Below, piece by piece: positions 29,554 to 39,645 of a stretch of DNA of 64,000 nt. The notes beneath the pieces were generated by a model. It was not told where the DNA came from. It saw only the letters and a list, made by a program, of their open reading frames with translations, and did no database searches. The position numbers and the translations under genes are program-made. Source of the stretch: an uncultured bacterium. GTDB lineage: Bacteria; Patescibacteriota; Minisyncoccia; Phycocordibacterales; PALSA-1337. The stretch's first letter is position 1. Every line of letters begins with the position of its first letter. The stretch is from contig CAIQIZ010000021.1 of the NCBI GenBank assembly GCA_903872035.1, positions 18,157-82,156 on the forward strand. The letters are read 5' to 3'.

Positions 29554-31503
29554 CTATCTTACTACCGACTCATTCCCAACCTGATATCTCGGGTCTGTAC
29601 TGAACCGTGTGGTCAAAACATCCTGCTTGCTCTCCAGCTGGGCCCCAGTGAAATTATCAGTGGCCGTGAGAGTCGACTGGTTGACCAGGGTCGGGATCTG
29701 GCCGATCTGGGTGACGCTCGGAGTTATCGATATTTGGAATGCTACCTCCCTCCTGTGCGACGAATTCAAAGTATAAGTCCCGACATTCCCTAGATTCCAA
29801 GTGATCGTGCCACTATGGGTATCATAGGTGACATTTTCCGAACTAGGACTGACTGTATTCAACCACTTCACATAAGCCGGCAAAGTTGCGGTCACCTGCG
29901 CCTTACTTATGGCGTTCGAAGTATTATCGACATCCCAGATGACTGTATAAGTTGTGGCCCTTTCAGCTCTAGGTGGGACCAGTCCGCTATTCGCGAACGG
30001 GCCGACCGTGCGCACCATTCGGCCAGAAAGCGAAACGTTGGAAGAGATCCTCACGTTCTTAGTCACAGCCGAAGTCAGTATGGACGGTACATTGGCTTCC
30101 TGGGCACGATTTCCCATGACACTGACCGCGAAGTTCAAAGTCGGATTGACGACCGGACTATTGGGAGTACCGAGATCCTTTGGTGTGATGGTAAACGAGA
30201 TGTGACCAGTATCACCAGCCGCAACTGAGGCAAATTCGTTGTTGGTCTGCTCATTCCAGACGATCTGATTGTTGAGCGAATCGAATATTCCCTGCCCAGA
30301 CTGTACGTCGTTCTTGCTATATGCCGTTCCCGACAGTTTGATAGTTATGCTCATATTGGAAAGAGAAACCGGCAGATTGTTAGACCAGTTGACGACCACG
30401 CGTTCATTTGAATTGAATTGTCCAACATGGTCGTTATTGGTAGCGTCGTTATCCACAGTAACGCCCATTGAAATGAATGGCTTCTGAATGGTCATATCCT
30501 GCTCGACGACCATATATTCCGTTCCGACGCTCTTTGGATCGGACGGGCTCGATGCACCGACAGTGAAATGAAAAGCCCGAAGATCGCTATCTTCGCCTGT
30601 AAGTTTGCCATGAACAATGATCACCCGATTCCCACCGGCCGGAATATCGCCGATCTTCCATGTGGCATTATCGGAAAGCGCTGGAAAACTTGAGCTCATA
30701 TATGTATAACCGAACGGATAAGCAGCTTTGAGGAGAACATTCTTCAATACTTGCTGAGAATTTGATTTGAGGTCTACCTTCATATCGAATTCCTGACCAG
30801 AAGTTATCTCTTTGAATGAAGTCACCGTCACGTTGATCGGCGAGGAATTGATGAGGACATCATAAGACTGGACCTTGGTGAAGGTAGACGAAGTGCCCTT
30901 GACTCCATAGGTCAAAGTAGCTTTGATCGTCTTCTGCAAATTTGCTTCGCCGAAAATGATGACACTGACACTCTCATGTATCGTGCTGCCAGCCGGAATA
31001 TCGCCGATCATCTTATCTAGATTGGTGAGCGGCGTACCTGGCTTATCTGGATCAGTGGCACCAGATGGAAAGTCCACAGACATGTCGGCCAACTGCAAAG
31101 CCACATTATTCTTGTTCTGAATGGTCACATCGAATGTGGCCGGGACTCCCCCAGGAATGGAAACTGGTCCGCTTATGACGATATTGATGTTGTTAGCAGA
31201 GATCAGATTGGCGCCATTGAAGAACAGATACGCGCCGATCCCAACTGCAATGACGCAGAATATGGCGGAGATGATGAGGAGTTTGCTGAAGAATGACATA
31301 TGATGCTCTTGGTATTCCGGATTCAAGGTCTTCGGCCGGACATCTTCTTCCTTTGGATGTTCCCAATCCGTCTTGACCTCGGTCACCGGCTCGGTGAATC
31401 GAAGCTTCCTCTTGGTGCGCACTTCAGGCGCCGTCCGAGAGTACAGCGACTTCTTCAATTCTTCAATGTAGCTTTTGTCTTCCTGAGGAGGCACAGACGT
31501 CAT
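29554..31503 (-). CDS. Membrane-anchored protein with multiple Ig-like domains
   Basis: One TM near the N-terminus; beta-rich repeats with W.IG.I motifs. Confidence 0.7.
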   Translation of the reverse strand: MTSVPPQEDKSYIEELKKSLYSRTAPEVRTKRKLRFTEPVTEVKTDWEHPKEEDVRPKTLNPEYQEHHMSFFSKLLIISAIFCVIAVGIGAYLFFNGANLISANNINIVISGPVSIPGGVPATFDVTIQNKNNVALQLADMSVDFPSGATDPDKPGTPLTNLDKMIGDIPAGSTIHESVSVIIFGEANLQKTIKATLTYGVKGTSSTFTKVQSYDVLINSSPINVTVTSFKEITSGQEFDMKVDLKSNSQQVLKNVLLKAAYPFGYTYMSSSFPALSDNATWKIGDIPAGGNRVIIVHGKLTGEDSDLRAFHFTVGASSPSDPKSVGTEYMVVEQDMTIQKPFISMGVTVDNDATNNDHVGQFNSNERVVVNWSNNLPVSLSNMSITIKLSGTAYSKNDVQSGQGIFDSLNNQIVWNEQTNNEFASVAAGDTGHISFTITPKDLGTPNSPVVNPTLNFAVSVMGNRAQEANVPSILTSAVTKNVRISSNVSLSGRMVRTVGPFANSGLVPPRAERATTYTVIWDVDNTSNAISKAQVTATLPAYVKWLNTVSPSSENVTYDTHSGTITWNLGNVGTYTLNSSHRREVAFQISITPSVTQIGQIPTLVNQSTLTATDNFTGAQLESKQDVLTTRFSTDPRYQVGNESVVR

Positions 31504-31628
31504 TGTACAACAATATGACCTCCCTGCTAAGCCATTCGAGGTGCTTGAACCACCAATTATTTTGTGTTATAATTATAAAAGCTAAAAATAACCGTCAATG
31601 AACGGTCAATAAAGGAAAGGAGTGCACT

Positions 31629-32195
31629 TTGAATTCTGACATAATGTTCTGGGTATTCATTCTAAGTATACCGACCTTGGCCGTCGCCATCTTCGAGATC
31701 AACCTGGATATGAAGCACAAGGTAGGTCCGTGGGGTAAGACTAAATTCAAAAACCCGTACTGGGAGGAGAAGATCCTCCAGAGATGGCCGATCCCTTTCA
31801 TCAAGTACATCTCGCGGTATCACGCCGTCTTGTTCTTGGAGGTGCTGCCTGTGGTATTCACACTGAGCATCATTTTCTGGAGCTGGGCGCTCAACTATGC
31901 TGTATGGCCGAGCGACTCATCTCGACTCATCAAATCGCTATCTTTCATCACACTATTCATCGCAGTCTGGCTAGGCAATTCCGGATTCGAGGACATGTTT
32001 TACTTCATAATCCAATCTTTGACTGGCTGGCACGAGCCTCATGCCTTGCGCAAAGTGGTGCTAGAGAAAGACTTCGACTGGTTCAAGGATTGGTTACCAC
32101 CGATCTTCGGATTGAACATTCCGGGGCATTGGGTGTTCTGTCCCGCCGCAGCATTGTTGCTGCTTTACATCCGACACCATTGGATAATGCAGTGA
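31629..32195 (+). CDS. Hypothetical membrane protein
   Basis: Several hydrophobic segments, Trp-rich. Confidence 0.6.
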   Translation: MNSDIMFWVFILSIPTLAVAIFEINLDMKHKVGPWGKTKFKNPYWEEKILQRWPIPFIKYISRYHAVLFLEVLPVVFTLSIIFWSWALNYAVWPSDSSRLIKSLSFITLFIAVWLGNSGFEDMFYFIIQSLTGWHEPHALRKVVLEKDFDWFKDWLPPIFGLNIPGHWVFCPAAALLLLYIRHHWIMQ

Positions 32196-32345
32196 AGCAA
32201 CAAACTTTTCTCGCTCGCCTTCCAGGCCCATCTGGTCGGCGATTTTATTTTATGAGACACATTTAATGCTGCCAGGTACGACCCGTGATATCATTTTGAT
32301 TAGAAATTCAATCATCTCTTTTGCTTTAAGGTTCGTATTCTCACT

Positions 32346-33089
32346 ATGAAGATCAATATCGCAACCATCAATCTCCAATCGGGCGTAGCCACAACAAAAG
32401 GCATCCTTCATTATGTTCTGACTGGTTGGAAATACTGGTTGCCTCATTCAGATAGACCGATCCGACAAGCTGGAGAAATGTTGAAACAAGAAGAAATAGG
32501 CATCGCGTGTGTAACCGAAATCACAGAGAAGTCATTGCGATCGGGATTTCGATCACAAACAGAAACCTTGGCGACCAGTGCTGATTTAAATAATTGGAAT
32601 TTCTTCTCTTCACAAAAGCTCGGCAAATTCTTTTTTTATGAGGGCAATGCTTTGCTTTCTAAATATCCGATTTCTCATCCGATCTCACATCCCCTGCACA
32701 TCGAACTCAATATGCGCATGGCTTTGGAAGAAGCGACCGTTGAAATTCAAGGCCAAAAGATTTCCATTTTCATCGCCCACCTTGCTCTTACCAAGCGTGC
32801 TCGCCAAATCCAAATCAGTGAAATCATTGAAATACTTGAAGATCGAACTGGCCCTATTATTCTAGCCGGTGACTTCAATGAAAGGCGCCCGGGAGCACTT
32901 GATATACTCCTTCAACAAACTCCTCTCAAACAAATATGCACTCTGAAGACTTATCCTTCGTGGGATTCTAAATACTCGTTAGATTACATACTCCTAAGTA
33001 AAGAGTTTACGGTTCTCGACTGCCATATCCCTAATAGCCCGGCTTTTTCAGATCATTCGCCACTAATAGTCAAAGCGGAGCTCAATTAA
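32346..33089 (+). CDS. Endonuclease/exonuclease/phosphatase family protein
   Basis: GNALLSKYPI, AHL, LAGDFN, LDYI, SDHSP. Confidence 0.9.
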   Translation: MKINIATINLQSGVATTKGILHYVLTGWKYWLPHSDRPIRQAGEMLKQEEIGIACVTEITEKSLRSGFRSQTETLATSADLNNWNFFSSQKLGKFFFYEGNALLSKYPISHPISHPLHIELNMRMALEEATVEIQGQKISIFIAHLALTKRARQIQISEIIEILEDRTGPIILAGDFNERRPGALDILLQQTPLKQICTLKTYPSWDSKYSLDYILLSKEFTVLDCHIPNSPAFSDHSPLIVKAELN

Positions 33090-33099
33090 CAAAATCCAA

Positions 33100-33732
33100 T
33101 TACATCATCGACTCTTTCAATGCCTTATTTATATGTTTGTTGAGGATCGTCCGCTTCTCTTTAAGCAGATCGACCAGATCACTAGTGATCTCAAACGACC
33201 GGATGTGGCCGCTCAGTTCCAAATCATCGCCGATGTAACCCAGCCAATGAAGGATGCGCGCGACCGTCAATGATTCGATAGCGGCCAATTGAGCAGCATT
33301 CAAATCTTCACGCTCACCAACAAAGTCCACGCAAGCTTTTATAACATCGAACACTTCAGGGTGTGCTTCTTCACCTTGAAGTAACCGTCTCAAGAGCTGC
33401 GCCAGCCTTGCGATTAAACTTTGAGAAATGGCCATTTCGCCCCCGCTTCGCGGATGGACTTTCCCCGACTGCGTAGCACGAAGGGGAAACGTCCGGAGCG
33501 AAAAGGGGGCGGCAGATGTGAGCCGCCACATCTCCCTTCCCTTTACGAGCGAAAACATTCCCATTGCGTGTTCTTGGGTATAGTATCGCAGCTTTGATCT
33601 CTCCAGACGGATCCCTTGGGCAGCAGCCATTATCAGACCAAATTCACGTGTGAATATGAAAAGCATCTTCCCTGCTTCTCCATAAGGTCGTGCTTGGATT
33701 ATGAATCCTGGAGTTGTGTGAATGTGATGCAT
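33100..33732 (-). CDS. recO: DNA repair protein RecO
   Basis: YGEA.K....FTREFGLI...AQGIR...SKLR. Confidence 0.8.
   Translation of the reverse strand: MHHIHTTPGFIIQARPYGEAGKMLFIFTREFGLIMAAAQGIRLERSKLRYYTQEHAMGMFSLVKGREMWRLTSAAPFSLRTFPLRATQSGKVHPRSGGEMAISQSLIARLAQLLRRLLQGEEAHPEVFDVIKACVDFVGEREDLNAAQLAAIESLTVARILHWLGYIGDDLELSGHIRSFEITSDLVDLLKEKRTILNKHINKALKESMM
33438..33511. repeat. Hairpin repeat family 2, in frame inside recO
   Basis: cgccccc/gggggcg and tttcccc/ggggaaa stems; encodes APFSLRTFPLRATQSGKVHPRSGG. Confidence 0.7.
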
Positions 33733-33737
33733 AGGTT

Positions 33738-33805
33738 ATGCGCAAGGAAACGTTACGGCGAGAGCGCTGTGGTAGAGCGGCGAGCCGGAATGTTTCCTTG
33801 CGCAT
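33738..33805. repeat. Hairpin repeat family 1, fills the ileS-recO gap
   Basis: atgcgcaaggaaac...gagcgctgtggtagagcggc...gtttccttgcgcat. Confidence 0.75.
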
Positions 33806-36800
33806 TACTTCTTAATATCAAACTTCTCACCAAATTCAATAGCTGACAAGCGGGTAGCCGCTTTGATAGCTTGTTCGTTCTTACTGATCAAAGATTTCAT
33901 GTCTTCCGTCGCGACCAATACCGCCATATCGTTGACCGTCAATCCTTTCTCTTTGCGGAGGTCTTGGATCTTACGGAGCAATTCGCGGAGCTCGCCTTCT
34001 TCTTTAAGCTCAGGAGTAAGGACAGTATCCAATTCGACATCGGTTTCCATACCACCGTCGAATACAACTTCTTTTACATTAACTTCATCTGTTATGAGCC
34101 CAAGGAGTTCAGAATTTAAATCCTTAATTTTTGAATCCTTAATTTTTAACTTACCCAATGGTTGACGTACATTTATCTTTGCCGTCATCCTGGCTTCTAA
34201 ACCTTTGGAAGCGATAGACCGGACTAATTCCATGCTAGTCAATAATTTCTCATCGACTTTCCCTGCTTTCGGCCATTCTTCGAGGTGTACGCTTTCTTTT
34301 TCGCCTCCAACGCCTTGGTACAAGAAGTCAGCAAAGAAAGGCGTGAGCGGCGCCATGACTTTCGCCAATGATTGCAACACGAATTGTGTGGTAGCCAAAG
34401 CCGCTTGCTTGTCTTCAGCATTTTCTCCTTTGAATCGGTCGCGGGAACGTCGAAGATACCATTGGGAAAGATCTCCGACGAAATCTCGAATCGCTCGTGC
34501 AGGTTCGAAGAATTTGTAGTTGTCCAATCCGGTGGTCGTGGTTTCTATGAGCTGATTGAGTCTGGCGACGATCCACCGATCTAGAACATGAGATGTATTT
34601 GAAAGCTTGAAAATGTTTCCGGACCGAGCGCTGTGGGCCAGCGGCGAGGCGGAAGTATTTTCAAGCGATTCATCCACATATAGCTTATAGAACGACAGCA
34701 CATTCCCCGCCAAATTAAAGACCTTTTTATTTATCTCATCCACAGTCTTCTGATCAAAATTCTTGGAATCACCAGGCTGATTGACAGAATACATCCAGAA
34801 CCGCAGCGCATCAGCTCCATAGGCGTCCATCATCTCGAAAGGATTGACGACATTGCCGATAGATTTCGACATCTTCTTTCCTTGAGGATCGAGGATATGA
34901 CCGAGGCAGATGACATTCTTATAAGCCTTGCCTCTGCCCATGAGCACCCCGACTGCGTGCAATGTGTAGAACCATCCACGCGTCTGATCTATGGCTTCAG
35001 AAATAAAATCAGCTGGGTATGGGAATTTCTCCTTGCCGATCAAGCCGTGTTCTTTGCCACCAAGAACATGATCCTGGGCAAAAGGCATAGACCCGCTATC
35101 GAACCAGACATCCATGACTTCTTTGACTCGGCTCATTTCTCCACCACATTCGCAGGTCAATTTTACTTCGTCTATATAAGGACGGTGAAGGTCGAGCTCA
35201 AAATCAGGATTGTGAGGAAGGATCGAAAAGTCGAGTTTCCTAGCTTCCGCTTTTTGAACATACTTCAACTTATTCCAATCAGCCGCCTCGCTCTTTTCTA
35301 GTCCAGCGGCGGCACTGATAAGCATCATAGCCGGACATCCGTGAGTAACGATCAAAATCGTACGGCCTTGATATTTATTCTCCATTTCATAGAGGAAATC
35401 TCCGACCCTCTTTCTGACATCTCTCCAACTCTCAACCCCATCATCAGCCTTATTGAATCTGTCTTCGTTTATCGGAAACTTCTTATCGAATTTCGCCATA
35501 TCCTTGCCTTCCCAAGAGCCCATCCCCATTTCACGGACTCGCTCATCGACGATAACCTGCCCAGCTTTGAGACCGAGCGTATCAGCGACAAGATGGGCGG
35601 TCTCTTTGGTCCGCATGATCGGTGAAGTTATCACCAAATCTATCCCTGATTTTTTTAAGGCTTCGGCGGTTTTTGATACGTTTTCTTTACCCAACGCAGT
35701 CAAATGGCTCACCATCTCCAAACCGCTGTTCAAAGTCATTTTTACATTATTCTCCGCCTCGCCATGCCGCATAACATAGTAAGTATTGCGCGGCTTCTTG
35801 GAGACATCAGCCACTGATCCAGCAACTTTCCATTTCTTGCATTTGTCGCAAACCCAGACTGGTAAAGGCGTACCCCAATAGCGCTCGCGGGAAATGGCCC
35901 AATCCTTGACTTCGCGGAGCCATTCACCAAAACGACCTTCCTTTATATGCTCCGGCTCCCAATTGATGCCTTCATTTTCTTTGACCAGCTTGTGCCGCAA
36001 GTCCGACATTTTGATGTACCACGAATCACGGGCAAAATAGATGAGCGGTGTGTGACAGCGCCAACAGAAAGGATAGGTGTGCTCGTATTTTTCTTTACTG
36101 AATAGGATGCCACGGTGCGCCAAGTCTTTGATGATCTCCACGTCGGTCGCCTCATTCTTGACGAATTTGCCGGCCAAAAATCCAGCTTCATTTTTGAAAG
36201 TACCGTCTTCTTTTACCAGATGATATTTCGGCAGGCCTACCTTCGTGCCCAATTCAAAATCGTCCTGACCATACATTACAGCGGTGTGCACTATTCCAGT
36301 CCCATCTTCAGTAGTGACAAAATCAGCAGGATATACTTTGTAAGCATTCGACAGCTTCTCTTTTTCCGGACCGGAAATAGATTCTTTGAGAAATGGATAA
36401 AGGGGTTCGTATGAGAGACCGACCAATTCTTTGCCTTTGAAGGTCTCGATTATTTCCGGCTTCGTGTCTTTAAAAACTGCCTCCAGGCGATTTTTGGCAA
36501 GAATGTATGTCGTGGTCGCGTTTTTTGAATCTCCTTCCTCCTTACTGCTTCCTTCTTCCTCCATTTTTCTAACTTTCACATAATCGATCTTCTCCCCTAC
36601 CGCCAAGCCAACGTTGCCCGGCAATGTCCACGGCGTCGTCGTCCAAGCCAACAAATAGGTCTCGCTTGATCCTTCCTCCTTACTGCTCCCTCCTTCCTGC
36701 TTCAAGACCTTGAATTTCACTGTGACTGAAAGATCCTTGACCGTCTCATATCCTTGCGCCAATTCGTGCGACGACAAAACAGTTTGGTCATGAGGACACC

Positions 36801-37419
36801 AAGGGACGACTCGGAAATCTTTGTAGAGCAGATCCTTTTCGTGGACCGTCCGCATGATATTCCAAAGCGCTTCTATGTAAGCTGGCTTGTAGGTGATGTA
36901 GGCATTCTTCAAATCCACCCAGTAACCCATACGATTGGTAAGAAGTTCCCATTCACGCATGTAAGTCCAAACGCTCTCTTTACACTTCTCGTTGAAAGCA
37001 GCGATGCCGTATTCTTCGATCTCCTTTTTGAACTTGAAGCCGAGCTCCTTTTCGACTTGGATCTCTACTGGCAATCCATGAGTATCCCAACCGCCTTTAC
37101 GGCGGACATGGAATCCTTGCATTGTCTTGTACCTAGGAATGGCGTCTTTGAAAGCACGGGCTTCCAAATGATGGATGCCTGGACGACCGTTGGCGGTTGG
37201 TGGACCCTCATAAAAAACGAATTCACCTTTGGGCGCCTTTCCTTCTTGTGATTTATTCAGAGTCTTATCAAAAATCCCCTTCTCTTTCCAGAAGGCCATG
37301 ATCTTCTCCTCGCGCTCGGCGTGAGAGCTTTTGGGCATCGGCGGATTTTTCACGACGACCGGCGTTTTCTGCTCCGTAGGCATCTTTTGGCTTTTCTTGT
37401 GTTCAGAATCTGCTTGCAT
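33805..37419 (-). CDS. ileS: Isoleucine--tRNA ligase with inserted histidine-phosphatase domain
   Basis: GPPTANG..GIHH, WTTTPWTL, DWAISRERYWG, DQTRGWF, KMSKS; insert MRHGE...VTHG. Confidence 0.96.
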   Translation of the reverse strand: MQADSEHKKSQKMPTEQKTPVVVKNPPMPKSSHAEREEKIMAFWKEKGIFDKTLNKSQEGKAPKGEFVFYEGPPTANGRPGIHHLEARAFKDAIPRYKTMQGFHVRRKGGWDTHGLPVEIQVEKELGFKFKKEIEEYGIAAFNEKCKESVWTYMREWELLTNRMGYWVDLKNAYITYKPAYIEALWNIMRTVHEKDLLYKDFRVVPWCPHDQTVLSSHELAQGYETVKDLSVTVKFKVLKQEGGSSKEEGSSETYLLAWTTTPWTLPGNVGLAVGEKIDYVKVRKMEEEGSSKEEGDSKNATTTYILAKNRLEAVFKDTKPEIIETFKGKELVGLSYEPLYPFLKESISGPEKEKLSNAYKVYPADFVTTEDGTGIVHTAVMYGQDDFELGTKVGLPKYHLVKEDGTFKNEAGFLAGKFVKNEATDVEIIKDLAHRGILFSKEKYEHTYPFCWRCHTPLIYFARDSWYIKMSDLRHKLVKENEGINWEPEHIKEGRFGEWLREVKDWAISRERYWGTPLPVWVCDKCKKWKVAGSVADVSKKPRNTYYVMRHGEAENNVKMTLNSGLEMVSHLTALGKENVSKTAEALKKSGIDLVITSPIMRTKETAHLVADTLGLKAGQVIVDERVREMGMGSWEGKDMAKFDKKFPINEDRFNKADDGVESWRDVRKRVGDFLYEMENKYQGRTILIVTHGCPAMMLISAAAGLEKSEAADWNKLKYVQKAEARKLDFSILPHNPDFELDLHRPYIDEVKLTCECGGEMSRVKEVMDVWFDSGSMPFAQDHVLGGKEHGLIGKEKFPYPADFISEAIDQTRGWFYTLHAVGVLMGRGKAYKNVICLGHILDPQGKKMSKSIGNVVNPFEMMDAYGADALRFWMYSVNQPGDSKNFDQKTVDEINKKVFNLAGNVLSFYKLYVDESLENTSASPLAHSARSGNIFKLSNTSHVLDRWIVARLNQLIETTTTGLDNYKFFEPARAIRDFVGDLSQWYLRRSRDRFKGENAEDKQAALATTQFVLQSLAKVMAPLTPFFADFLYQGVGGEKESVHLEEWPKAGKVDEKLLTSMELVRSIASKGLEARMTAKINVRQPLGKLKIKDSKIKDLNSELLGLITDEVNVKEVVFDGGMETDVELDTVLTPELKEEGELRELLRKIQDLRKEKGLTVNDMAVLVATEDMKSLISKNEQAIKAATRLSAIEFGEKFDIKK
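34605..34666. repeat. Hairpin repeat family 1, in frame inside ileS
   Basis: gcttgaaaat...gagcgctgtgggccagcggc...attttcaagc; encodes LENTSASPLAHSARSGNIFK. Confidence 0.8.
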
Positions 37420-37522
37420 GACTTACAGCTTACGGCAAATCGCGCTCCTTTTCAATGTATATTTAGACCATACATCAGCATGTTACAATATTCGTATTAA
37501 TAGAATAACTATCAAAATTCCC

Positions 37523-37687
37523 ATGGCACTAGTAAAAGTTGAACAACACAGCTTCCTTGGAGGCATCTGGATGATCGGATGGCTCTTCACCATCGGCTTC
37601 CTGCAACTAGCTTTCTGGCAAGGAGTTCTGGCAATAGTGGTTTGGCCGTATTATCTCGGCGTGTTCGTGAATGGGTTGGTGAGATAA
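37523..37687 (+). CDS. Small membrane protein (54 aa)
   Basis: MALVKVEQHSFLGGIWMIGWLFTIG...WPYYLG; two hydrophobic segments. Confidence 0.65.
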   Translation: MALVKVEQHSFLGGIWMIGWLFTIGFLQLAFWQGVLAIVVWPYYLGVFVNGLVR

Positions 37688-37713
37688 ATCTGCAGAGGTG
37701 ACACCTCCGCAAA

Positions 37714-39558
37714 CTACATCTTTTTCGGAACTCTGATCCCCAACAGCCACAAACCTTCCGTCATAATGTTTTTGAAGCCTCTCGTCAACGCCAAGCGATA
37801 CGGCGACAGCGGATCTTTTTCGTCGATGATCGTCTGCGACGCATAGAAACTATTGAAGGCGCCGGCAAGGTTGATCAAGTAGTTAGCCACGACTTGCGGA
37901 GCATATTCGACTCGTGCACGCTCAACAACATCCGGGAAGCGGGCAAGAAGTTTTTCAAGAAGACCAACTTTATCAGGAAGAGCGGAATGATTTTCCAAGC
38001 CAGCTGAAATGCCTGCTTTCTCCAAAACTGCCGACGCTCTGACTACCGAGTATTGTAGATATGGTCCAGAATCACCTTCGAATGAGATAGACGCGGCTGA
38101 GTCGAATACGATATCACTTCCGATAGAAGAACGCAGGATGCTGTACTTTATAGCGCCGATGGCAATAATCGTCGCAACTTCTTCTGCTTCGACGGAATCA
38201 AATCCCCGAGTAGCGATCCTTTTCATCACCATTTCTTTGATATCTCCAATCAATGAATCCGCCGTAACCACATTCCCTGTTCGTGAAGACATCTTTCCCG
38301 CGGCGAAACGCATCATGCCGTGACCAATATGTTTTGTCTTGGCGCCATTCTTCTCGTCAATAAGCGACAAGACTTTCAACAAAACTTTGAAATATTCATT
38401 CTGTTCGCTGGCAGTGATGATGATCGACTGCACCGTATCGGGGTACTTCTCGAACTTGGTGACGTTTAGAGCGACATCTTTGGCTTCATATGTGGCAATG
38501 CCTTTTGAATTAACAAATACCCGTGTATGCAAACCAGCCTTTTCACCATTGAATACGATTGCTCCTTGGCTCTCCTCAAAAACACCCTTCTTCAAGAATT
38601 TTTGGACGATGGCCAGTCCGACCGGAGCCATGTCGCTCTCATATATGGTGTCATCAAAATCAGTTCCGAGTGTCACATACAATTCATTGAAATGATCCAG
38701 GCTCCATTTGCGACCCTTTTCATAGATCTTGTTGACCTCCGGATCAGACTTTTCGTACAAAACTTTATTGAGAGCGTCTATTTCCACCTGCGCCTTTGAT
38801 TGTTCAGTCTCAATGACTGGCTGATCCTTGCCAATTTCATTGGCATCCTTCTTACCATAGCTTCGCGTCCCTTCGACGTACATCTTCCCTAGAAATGCCG
38901 TTTTCTCTTGAATAGACGCTGAATCTTTTGGGAGTTCAGCCAAATGTTTCTGTATGGCCCAAATAGCCTTAGCGATATGCAATCCTTGATCCGATGGATA
39001 ACATATACGAATGACCTTGGCACCCGATGATTCGATAAGTCGCGAAAGAGATTCGCCGATAGAATTCGACATCAAATGCCCAATATGGAAAACCTTGAAA
39101 GCATTGGGGTCGGTGTATTCGACAAGGATCGGCCCGCTTTTTTCGTGCGACTTTAGTTGACTAAAGTGCTTCGCGGCGGAAGTTCTCCCACCTGCAACAG
39201 CCGAACCCATCACGGTCGAATCCGTCAAAGGTAAATCAGCCGCGACAAATTTCAATACCTCTTTGGCCATAACATCATCCTTAATTGTAAAGTTAATAAA
39301 TCCTGGACCGGCGATCGAGACATCTTTGATCGTGACCGGCATATTTTTCTTGAATCCTTCGACAACCGCATCCGCCAAGGCTTTTGGTGACTGGCCGAGT
39401 TTTTTTGCATAAACCAAAGCTGCATTTGTCGTAAAGTCGCCATGGTCCGGGTTTTCTGGGTAATCGATCTTTACCACTACCCCTCCACTAGCCAAATCAT
39501 CGGCCACTCCTAGGCAGTTCATTATGTCTTGCAGCCGCTTTACTATTTCGTTTTTCAT
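37714..39558 (-). CDS. argS: Arginine--tRNA ligase
   Basis: HGDF, IAGPGFINF, EYTDPN...HIGH, KMSSRTG, GDSGPYLQY. Confidence 0.96.
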   Translation of the reverse strand: MKNEIVKRLQDIMNCLGVADDLASGGVVVKIDYPENPDHGDFTTNAALVYAKKLGQSPKALADAVVEGFKKNMPVTIKDVSIAGPGFINFTIKDDVMAKEVLKFVAADLPLTDSTVMGSAVAGGRTSAAKHFSQLKSHEKSGPILVEYTDPNAFKVFHIGHLMSNSIGESLSRLIESSGAKVIRICYPSDQGLHIAKAIWAIQKHLAELPKDSASIQEKTAFLGKMYVEGTRSYGKKDANEIGKDQPVIETEQSKAQVEIDALNKVLYEKSDPEVNKIYEKGRKWSLDHFNELYVTLGTDFDDTIYESDMAPVGLAIVQKFLKKGVFEESQGAIVFNGEKAGLHTRVFVNSKGIATYEAKDVALNVTKFEKYPDTVQSIIITASEQNEYFKVLLKVLSLIDEKNGAKTKHIGHGMMRFAAGKMSSRTGNVVTADSLIGDIKEMVMKRIATRGFDSVEAEEVATIIAIGAIKYSILRSSIGSDIVFDSAASISFEGDSGPYLQYSVVRASAVLEKAGISAGLENHSALPDKVGLLEKLLARFPDVVERARVEYAPQVVANYLINLAGAFNSFYASQTIIDEKDPLSPYRLALTRGFKNIMTEGLWLLGIRVPKKM

Positions 39559-39611
39559 CTCGATATTGTAGCAAAAATGTCGCCAATTTGCCTCTAAAGC
39601 TTTAGTTAGAC

Positions 39612-39639
39612 TTGACAATTCCTAAATTAATCTTACAAT
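39612..39639 (+). promoter_or_regulatory. Near-consensus sigma70 promoter
   Basis: TTGACA-16 nt-TACAAT. Confidence 0.6.
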
Positions 39640-39645
39640 ACAACA

